DNA of 64,000 nucleotides. Source: Schmidtea polychroa. Its lineage: Eukaryota. Numbering within the stretch: position 1 is the first letter of the stretch; the number at the start of each line of letters is the position of its first letter. The notes below the pieces were generated by a model. That model was not told the origin of the DNA, did not search any database, and worked only from the letters and a program-made list of their open reading frames with translations. Position numbers and translations under genes: made by a program. The stretch is taken from positions 122,388,001 to 122,452,000 of the forward strand of contig CM097886.1 of assembly GCA_044892525.1 (NCBI GenBank), given 5' to 3'. Positions 31,643 to 40,978 of this stretch are shown piece after piece.

Positions 31643-32122
31643 TTAACTGAAGTAAATCGTGTGCTTCTCCTTTATTGCACATACACATAAAGAACAATGC
31701 GTTAAACTGACGGCGCATTCGTCGCAATGGCTAAGGTGTCCACAAGGTAGCATTAGAATTCTGGCAGGTCGCGTCTTACAAATGTTACAAGTTCTCAAGG
31801 CCGCTGCTTTTTCTATTATCGAGGTTCGTATTCTCTGAGATAGAGTTTTTACTTGTTCGCGTATTCTCACATATTCGAGGTTCAGAGCGGGGTCGTCGAG
31901 TCGTTGCTGCATCCATTGGTAATGGACAGACAAGTCGGTGTCGGTATTTGTTGACCCCAATCTGTCGGTTAGAAAGTTTTGTTTGGATATCAGCGGTGCG
32001 TTGTGGCGTTGTTGCTCTAGGGTTTCTATTTGTTGCAGTTTTTCTCTTAACGTCTTTATGGAATCGTTTTCTATGTCGACGAACCGGCTTAGTCGTTGTA
32101 GATGTTTCCTAGCTTCTGACAT
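31643..32122 (-). CDS. LTR-encoded coiled-coil plus C-terminal IAP-type C3HC4 RING protein (no BIR domain)
   Basis: CNIC......ILMLPCGH..HCDEC...L..CSLC...I....IYFS* follows the IAP/zf-C3HC4_3 RING spacing and terminal aromatic tail. The acceptor-like ttttgtag lies 2 nt before the ATG. Confidence 0.85.
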   Translation of the reverse strand: MSEARKHLQRLSRFVDIENDSIKTLREKLQQIETLEQQRHNAPLISKQNFLTDRLGSTNTDTDLSVHYQWMQQRLDDPALNLEYVRIREQVKTLSQRIRTSIIEKAAALRTCNICKTRPARILMLPCGHLSHCDECAVSLTHCSLCVCAIKEKHTIYFS

Positions 32123-32708
32123 ATCTACAAAAGTATGTTGTCATTACTCGGTCTCACTTATAAAAATAAAAATAATATTATCGTGTTATAATCAATGTTC
32201 GTTTGGCTTTGTTCGCTATTGTTTCTAGTTTATGTATTTTATTCAATCTCTAATAATTCTTTTTTAATTTAATTCATTTAAAATTAAACAAAATTAGTCA
32301 ATTCCCATTTTCTCTTCTCTTCATATTCAATCACATTCATTCAAACTTATTTAGGTTCGTTTTTGTTCATAGCATGTTCTATTTTACGCAAAGACAGTTC
32401 GCATCATCATCTTAATACACTATAATATCAATTCATTTCAGTCCCGATTCCCTTTTTTTATTATAATTAATTAAATTGTTAGTCTAACACATCGTAATAC
32501 AGTAATAGGCAATCAAACAATTCGAAATCACAATCCCGGCTGAGCCCCCAAAAATCATGTTGGCGTATGTGGGGAAAGAGAAAATATGCCCACCTGATCA
32601 TCATACATCCCAAGTACTCTCTTCCGCTCCGATACTTCCCATACATACTCCAAAATGATCAAATACATATTCCCACGTATGAGCCCGTGGGGGTGTTCCA
32701 CGTTGGTG

Positions 32709-32810
32709 CTGCTCACACGGGTTGGAAAAGGTTAGCAGGTGAGCCCCTGCCTTAGGACTACTCCTAACCCTTTCTCGGTTCGGGTTCCATGGTGCCATAG
32801 AAGGTCTTAC
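32709..32810 (-). ncRNA. Conserved ~102-nt structured, intron-like element (GTAAG...CTCAC/CTAAC...CAG) in the LTR
   Basis: Homologues at 9731-9832, 44883-44984, 49984-50086, 56811-56915, 57193-57301 and 62429-62531. The hairpin around the GCTCAC loop shows compensatory changes. Confidence 0.5.
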
Positions 32811-33100
32811 CCGTTTCTTCGCTCCTAATTCAGTCCAACCCTGGTCCAAAGGGACGACATTTGCGCTCGTACTATGTCTCCAAGAGCACCTTTTACTCAA
32901 ATCAACCACAGCAAATCACACATACCATGAAAAAAAAAATCAAAGACTTCAAACAGTTGTATTAAATCGAAACATAAAAATACATTCACCATTAATTAAA
33001 TAAGAACAAAACATCAAAGGTCATGTACAGGATAACGTCAACTTCTCCGAGTTCCTTCATACCGCACAAAGATTGAGACAAATGAGAAAAAAGGAATTCA

Positions 33101-33865
33101 TTACGAAAACACTTCTCCTTCTGCGATCATTTCGTCAATGTCGACGGGCAACCGGCGATCTTCGAGGAATTTGATGCCGTCGGCCGGAACTAACCGAAAT
33201 ACTTCTTTCGTAGGGATAGAATGGGTGATTGTAATTTCCTTGATCGTCGATTTGGCTGCAGATAACGATGCCTCGAGCGCGGCCATGGCGTTTCTGCGCT
33301 TCTGATTTTTCTCTGAGCGCGTCGGTCTCTTACGCTTTCGAGGTGGAAGAGTGGCTCCTGCTGGAGGCCGGGTGAGTGGCGACGCGAGGACTGGAGCCAA
33401 GATAGGGTCCGATGGACCGCCAGCCATAGGCCGATAGCCAGAAAGAACTGGGGCGGGAATTGGTGGCAATTGTAGGCCGTGCCCCTTGCAACTGATGGTT
33501 GATGAGGTTTCAGTGGATTGATGGTGTTCCGGGAACACGTTAGTCCCATCTTGTATTGGGTATTCGCGAACTCGCTTCGCTATCTCGGATTCCGAATATA
33601 CTTTGTGCAGTGCCTCTGATTGGGCTTTTATGGTTAGCCTCTGGCATCTGCTCTCCTCGAGGAGACTGTCACGGCAGTGCTCCAAACGTAGAATTTTTCT
33701 CTTCTCTTCCTTCATTTGTGGCGGGGAGAACCACGTGCCTTCGTAAAGGTCGATTCTTTTCTTTAAAGCCCCGATGTATAGATGAAGCTGCGCGATATCT
33801 GCGTTTTTATCTGCGCAGGAGAAACATGGGCGAAGAGTTTTCTCAGCAGTTGTTGGAGTAGTCAT
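33101..33865 (-). CDS. LTR-encoded hypothetical protein (254 aa; CxxC, coiled coil, Pro-rich linker, basic NLS-like motif)
   Basis: Intact ORF homologous to 8672-9433. Nine of the 22 codons of LHLYIGALKKRIDLYEGTWFSP differ synonymously between copies, with no amino-acid change. Confidence 0.85.
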   Translation of the reverse strand: MTTPTTAEKTLRPCFSCADKNADIAQLHLYIGALKKRIDLYEGTWFSPPQMKEEKRKILRLEHCRDSLLEESRCQRLTIKAQSEALHKVYSESEIAKRVREYPIQDGTNVFPEHHQSTETSSTISCKGHGLQLPPIPAPVLSGYRPMAGGPSDPILAPVLASPLTRPPAGATLPPRKRKRPTRSEKNQKRRNAMAALEASLSAAKSTIKEITITHSIPTKEVFRLVPADGIKFLEDRRLPVDIDEMIAEGEVFS

Positions 33866-36284
33866 CTAAAGAATGAGAAGCCCTTTATTTACATCATTAA
33901 AATCCTTTCTACTATTTGTTTTCTTTTTATCGTGAGCTTTATCCTGCCACATGTGCATACAATCAGGATTGTCCCCCACATCCATACCTTTGACCTCACT
34001 TAACTCATCCAAACCGTAAACCTTCAAATCAACTCATCATATCGTTCGTAAGGAAGAAAAAAATGAGAACCATCACACGTTATTTCTCTACCCATATTGA
34101 TATTGTACCTAGGTTCCTGGGTCGACAGTTATCATCTAATCGCAATCAGTTACTCCTTACCACTAATATATTTTTCCACTTTTATTTATTATGACCCATT
34201 GAAAGTGTGTCTACTCCCTTGCTATTATGGCTTATTGAGTTATGCCTGCTTTAATTTAAAAGAAGTAGTTCCATGCTGTTGATGCATTTTTGCGCTGTGT
34301 TAGGTTAAAACGAATGTGTTAAAAATTATTGTAAGTATTAATTTCCCCCATAAATTATAATTTAATTATTTAAATTTTCGCATTTTATGTTGTCATAACG
34401 ACGCATATTAGTATGTAGTTGTGTACTGGTTTCAGACTCTACCTGATGTGCGCTAATGTGTATTATTTAGTTTTACTCAATTATCGCTGTCCTCTCTTAG
34501 CAAATTCTAGACATTGTGTCGGTTAGTGTACTTGATCTCGTCGCTTATTTATGCATGCCTACGGACACATGCTACTATGACGCAATGATGACGTCGACTC
34601 ACTCACGTCCCATGTATTAGTGGATTTATCTGTGTGTGGGTTTGGGTCTGCTTATCTCAGTTATAACATTATTAGCAGATGGGCTAGACGAACGGAAGAT
34701 AAGGAGTCAGACTTATAGAAATAACGATGGTTATGATTTCAAGATGGCCTAAATCTGTTATCGGGTAGCAAATGGATTTAATTTCTATCTCTCTCGTGAA
34801 TGTTGACTATTCTCAAAAACCTAATCGTTTCATCGACTTGGCGCAAATCGTTCCACAATCGAACCGCTGGAATATTTTATCTACGCTACTTGCCTCTCTG
34901 CAATAGTCGTTTCTCGATCAGATGGAAAATTTATTGATAATTTGTTCGGAATGGTCGATGAAAATTTCCTTTAGGACTGTAGTAAGTGCTTATGATTAAT
35001 TAGAACTTTGCTGTTTACTTTCCTGTCAGGACGAATCCTTATCGATGACAGTAGCTAATCGAAGGTTGATAACTAAGTCTCCTACTCGTCAAATAACATA
35101 TCACCGCGATGGGTTGAATCGCTAACGTTCTCTTAATTTATCAATTCTTGGAAATATAGAATGCTCCAGATTTTTATCATTCATCAAGAAAACGAAAATG
35201 GACGTTAGAATTATCAGTGAGGTTCGAGAATTTCATTACCCTCAAGGATAGTCGGTGTTCATATTCTGACGAAAAGAAGTCACCTAGCTCTAAATTGAAT
35301 ATGGCCGAACTCAAACTCGGATTAAATATCGAAAAATGTCGTCAATCTCCTAGAATTTTCAGTCAGCACGTTGTCGGCATCGAAACAGTATCGCTCAGAA
35401 GTTTCCTCAATCGAAAGTTTGCGACGGCTAATTCTACAGATAGCACTCGATGAAAGGATCATTGACTCGATTCGTTTTCTCTCACAGGGTTTCCTCACCC
35501 CTCACAACCCACCCAAGGACAGTACGCATTTCTGCCCACTGCCCTTGGACCGTCGTGAAGGACAACTCGACCCGACTTATCTCAAATCCTCCTCCAATAA
35601 ATGTGCAATTAATAAATTCATATATGATCAAACAAATATGGGAATAATGAAATTAAAAGAAAAATCAAATAAATAAATGTTTACCTGGCGGCCACGCCAG
35701 CCGGATTCCGGGTATGATGACTCTTGCTAACGTAGGTTTTTACATTCATTTAGCAATCATTGTAATACTAATATCCATGTAGATACTTGGCTGGTTCGGT
35801 CAGTGCAATTTCTGAGTATTCATATTCATAAGCTCTCTCTGAAAATGCATACGTAATTTAGCCGCATCATACCCGAGCTCCAGAGGACGTCGTCGCCAGC
35901 ATCATAGAGAGAAAGCAACATCTTTTGGTTTTAAATATAAATTTTATTGAAACATAAAACGTCTTTTGATATTAAATTCATAATAAACATTAAAAATATC
36001 ATACTAAAATTCAAAACATAATTTACCAAAATTCTCCGAAGGTGTTAGGATTGAAATCAAAGTCTTGTAAATTTTTCCTTAGTTAGCCTGGTTCTTCTCA
36101 ACTGGATTCGATCTCGACTATTATCTGCCTCTAAGTAATATCTGTTATGTCCAAGTATGAATATTGTTCGTAAGTCTGTGCTCGTGAGTGGTTCCTAGCT
36201 TAGTCCTGTAGAGTTTCGGGTTAGAATGATAATTTTAAATAAATTTTACCTGTAGAGTTTCGGGTTAGAATGATACTCTACAGA

Positions 36285-36330
36285 GTTTTGTTGCTCTTTA
36301 TATATATTTTTCCGTCCAATCAGGACACAC
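36285..36330 (-). promoter_or_regulatory. Putative LTR promoter (ATTGG/CCAAT box, then TATA), ~480 bp inside the 5' end of LTR A
   Basis: gtgtcctgattggacgg...tatatataaagag. The same layout occurs in copy B (6310-6340), C (54661-54696), D (58315-58352) and E (59264-59288). Confidence 0.6.
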
Positions 36331-38664
36331 CTTGCTTGTAATTTTGTTATTTATTATTATTTTATGTTTTTTCTTATCGTAGTATATTATATTTTAATGA
36401 CCCTACCTATTTCTATTATTGTTTTATTTATTTTCCTATTTTTTATTATTTTTCTCCTATTTTTCTGTGGTTTTATTGCTATTTTATTGTAACTTCATTT
36501 TTTGTTTTAATTAACCTTATGGATGATTTTATTTTTATTTTGTTTTCCTTTAGTTTTCGTTTGTTTTTCTTAAATTTTGTGCCATTTTATTTCTCTTTTA
36601 CTGTTGTGCTCATTGGGTGCCTTCCCTTTTGTCTTATTTCCCCTTTACAGGTTTTGTTATTTTATTTAGTTATTCTTGTTTCTTTATGGATGTTTAATTT
36701 GTTTCTTCCTATGTTTCTCGTAATTTTTATATGTTTTTATTTTATTTACTCTATCTCTTCCTGGGTTCGTTTTTCCAACACCTTCAGAGCTTGGCCCAAC
36801 AAAAAGTAGTTTGTAGGTGTAGTCTTTTGGGTGTTAAAATTACCAGAATTTGTAACAAAAATACTAAAAGCAGACAAACAAAGGTAAATTAAATAAGAAA
36901 CATTAGAAAAATGAGTACAGAAAGGAGAAAACAATTGTGCGGTAGCGAGGGAAATGCGAATAGTGAAAATGCTGACCGGAAGACTGTAAAAGTAAAAGAT
37001 TTTACCCACACGTAACCATCAGTAAATAACAAAATAAAGACTCTGTCAATTTGAAATTATTATATGTGTAGTCCTTTAGTCATATTGCTGGGTTAAAAAC
37101 CAAGGACAGTTTTATATCCTGTAACCTTTCTTGTTCCCACCGAAAGGCCACTAAGATGACCACACAACATGGAAAAAGCAATAAGAACCAATCGGAACCA
37201 ATTTTTCTACCCCTAGATTTTTATTTCTATTAGATCTACCATAATTTAGTGTAAGCACATCGGAAATTTTATGTTAGAAGATGAGTGAACATTAAAAATC
37301 TTAAGGCTAAAATGCTACATGATAGTGAAAGAAAAATATAGGGTAAACATACAAATACAGAACAGGAGTGATTCGAGAACTTGAAGATGATTTCAGAACA
37401 GTTTTTAACCTATTAACAATTTGATGTGATCCATTAACTTATTTATTTGTGATACAAGATTGTAATTATATTTATTTATTGGTTCTTGGTGATATTATAA
37501 TAAAGTAAACCCTCACACGCAAAAATGGAAAAATATCTGGATATATGTCAGAGATAAGGCTGACATAGAGAAAAGGAAAATGGAAAACTGAATCTGTCGC
37601 CAGTGCCGCAAATGAAACAGACTATATAAAACAGAACAGTTGACCGAGAAATCAGAACAAAAAGTAAAACAAAAACAGAACGAAATCAGAGACGAAAAGA
37701 GTAAAAAAGGAGACACAAAAACAGAGTGAAACGAGAAGTGACGAGAATAGTTTGTAAAATTGAACATAAAGTGGAAGTGGAGAAAATAAATTGTGTGGTC
37801 AAAGCAAATAGAACAATCGATCAACGTATCCTGTAATTAAATAGTTGATGGATAGTGATTATTGTTGTGATTACAGAAAGGGCTATTCTTCACGTAGTGT
37901 CGAAATAAGCTCTATGTGATAAATTGGTTTATAATTAATTGGTTGTAATTGAAATTTGTACAATCCCGTGTGGATATTAATAAAGCCTATCGTGTTCGAG
38001 AGTGTTGAATTGTGAATTAATAAACACGCTTTGGAGTCAAATATTATCACCAACCCAATAACCCAACAGTATTATTTATTTGTTATTATTATATTTTATT
38101 AATTTTAAGACAGATTGGAGTGCATGTTATTATTTTTAGACATATTTGTTCAAACAGGTTAGCAATAAGTGCATTTATTGGAAGATTGTTTATTTTATTT
38201 TTTTGAAAATTTTAATTGAACCATTAAAAATTTAATTTTGATTTTTACAATAATTTTCATGTTGATATTGAAGATTGTAAAATGTATTTATATAAACTAT
38301 TCATATTTATAGTATTTATATTTAATCATTTGAATGTTGTTGGTGAATTATGAACTCAATGCGCGTCTGTGTGCGCGTTGTATTGTGTGATGGGTTTGTG
38401 TGCGCACACAGACGCGAGCAATGTCATTTTTTGGGTTGGGTTGTTGGTGTGTCGCGTCTGTGTGCGCTTTTCTTTTCTTTGTTTTAGGCTGTGTGCGCAC
38501 ACAGACGCGAGCAAGAAGTATGGAAATATTTATTAATTAGTTTGGTTGTAATTTTTTTCTAATTTTAGAGTTAGAATTTTATCGATTCTTGAATGTGAAT
38601 GGATTTAGAGAGTTGTTAATGGTATCGATTTCGGTTTTGGTTTTCTTATGATTTTTCGGATAAA

Positions 38665-39210
38665 ATGGAAGAAATGGAAATGGGAAATACTACCAACGAA
38701 ACTGATGGTTCCTTTTTTATGACCTCAAGAGATCCTGATAATGTTAATGGTGTGTTTGGCCAAGTAATATTAAATTTATTTGGTGGATTGATTTCCGTTG
38801 GTATTCGATGCAATAAATGTGATGTAGTAGTTACACAAAGGAAGGTTCCAGATAAAATGATTGAGAAGAGTTCAGCTACAAGATTGTTTAATATTACTGA
38901 AAGTACTGGAGGTGTTATGACTGGTATGATCCCTGATTATCGATCTCAAGTATGTCGTGCACAAATGGAAGCAGCTCGATTTAGATATAAACATGGATAT
39001 GAAATGCTTTGTGACATAATATGTCGTTCTATTGCGGATATTAAGCAGCTTTCTACCCAATCAACTGAGATGCGACCATTAGGTTGTTCAATGATGGCAT
39101 TATCTTATGGTATTGACATGGACAAATTGTTATTATTCAAAAATAAAATTATTATTCGTGATCTTGAATTTAAACATGAACAGTTGTGGTATGTTGAAAT
39201 TAAAGGTTGA
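38665..39210 (+). pseudogene. PSMA6: Duplicate proteasome alpha-6 fragment
   Basis: Same as 3514-4059 apart from one L/V change. Confidence 0.88.
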
Positions 39211-40978
39211 AATTGTTCGAAATATTATTTGGATTTGAATTAATTCCCCAGAAATTAATTATGAAAATACGTTGTTTAAATAATATATAATTATTCACGA
39301 CTTTGAATTTATTAATATCTAAAATTAAGACGAATCCCAACATGGCGACCACGCTAATGCTGCAGTTTATCAGACTAAAAACATTCGAAGAAATACAAAA
39401 TCGATTGGTAAAATATGATATTAAAAAAGAAATTGAAATTGAAAACATTGCTTCGATGCAACATGTAAAGTAAATTATGTTAAAGTAGCGATGTTGAATG
39501 ATGGACAAACATGGAACCAAAGAAATCCATATCACTGTCAAAGGAATGAAAGAATCGAACGAAGTTGGACGATGGGACGACCGGAAACAAATACTCAAAG
39601 ACCAGGAAATCGAAATGAGTGGGAAAAGATCAGAAATCAAGGACATTTTCGAGAAAGACAACAGTGGCCCGCGAGACATTTTAACGAATCGATTAAAAGA
39701 AATATTTATCCAAACCAAGATAATCGCATGCGAAGGTGTTGGGCTTGTAGAGAAGAAGGTCATCTAAGATCAGAATGCCCAAATGTAATTTTAACTGTAG
39801 GGGGTATTTCAAAACCGATAGAATTCTGTTAATCGAGGAGTTATTCCAAATATAATGGGGGGGAATAAATTTTTTAATGGAATTTAGTATATATTTACAA
39901 AGAACCGATAATGAGAAATATGAGATAAGTTATATTGAACAGAAGAAAAAGGATTTTAAAAAAATGGAAAAAGAAGACAAAGAAATCGAGAAATTAATTG
40001 AAGAATATGAAACAGTATTTATGAAACATAAATGGGACATTGGTAAAACAGAAATAGTACAACATAAGTTAAATACGACAGGACCTCCAATTGTTATTAA
40101 TCCTAGACGTCAACCAGTACACCTCTCATCGAAAATAGAAGAAAATATTAAAGAGATGGAAAAGAATGGTATTATAAAGAAATGCGAATCACCTTGGAAT
40201 TCGCCACTGGTATCTATTAAAAAGAAAGACAAAAATGAGATAAGGGTTTGCTTAGACTTTCGAGCATTAAATTTAGTAACAGAGCGACCTATTTTCCAAT
40301 ACCAAATACAGAAGAAATGATGGACGCTCTAAATGGATCGATATTTTTCACAACACTGGATTTAGGCAGTGCAAATTACTAAGTGGAGTTAACTGAAGAT
40401 TCGAAAAAGAAAACGGCTTTCTCTACAAAGAATGATCAATATTACTACAATCGTATGCCAGTTGGGATAGCAACGGCTCCTGCTACTTTCCAGAAATTAA
40501 TAAACAAAGTGCTTCGATCACTAAATTGGAAAGAAGCTGTAGTGTACATGGACGACATCCAAATATTTTCAAGAACTAAAGAGAAACACATAAAAAGAGT
40601 AAAAAATGTTCTAGACAGATTTAAAACAGCTGGATTAAAGTTGAGTCGAGAGAAATGTCACTTTTTGAAATGTGAAACTAAGTTTTTAGGCCATTTCATA
40701 AATAAAGATGGTATAAGAACGGAGGATCATAAAATTGACGCAAAAAAACAGTTTGAAAAACCAACATGTTTAAGGAGGTTGAGGAGTTTTTTGGGACTTA
40801 CGAAGGTTCATTGAAAATTATACAAAGTTTGCTAAGAACTTGGAGAAACTATGTGGGAGTAACCAAAAAAAAATTAATATGGACAGATGAATGTGAAATA
40901 GCGTTTCAAGGTATGAAAGAACAATTAATGAGAGCTCAAATACTGGGTTTCCCGGATTTTAAAAAGAATTTATATTAG

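Larger units (their letters stand above)
12446..36801 (-). mobile_element. Giant Ty3/Gypsy-type LTR retrotransposon / endogenous retrovirus-like element with env and accessory genes; 3' end truncated by a duplication junction
   Basis: 5' LTR 31391-36801 with TGTTGGG/CCCAACA termini, followed on the minus strand by gag (CCHC), PR, RT (YIDD), RNase H and integrase (HHCC, DDE, GPY/F) in Gypsy order. All accessory ORFs are co-oriented. No 3' LTR: the sequence joins the duplicated flank at 12445/12446. Confidence 0.9.
31391..36801 (-). repeat. 5' LTR (copy A, 5,411 bp) of the giant element
   Basis: Starts tgttggg (31391), ends agcttggcccaaca (36801). The same termini bound the TSD-flanked solo copies at 5827-9977, 49230-50185, 54309-62698, 57035-58999 and 59039-62670, which share internal motifs with it. 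Confidence 0.85.

Noticed and set aside
32730-32860. Known ribozyme (hammerhead, twister, pistol, HDV) or antisense coding (FGFHGAxEGLT) in the conserved LTR motif
   Set aside because: Catalytic cores were not matched by eye (no CUGANGA/GAAA; the twister L4 and pistol pseudoknot spacing are wrong). The antisense frame has a TGA in both A and B. Kept only as an unclassified structured element.
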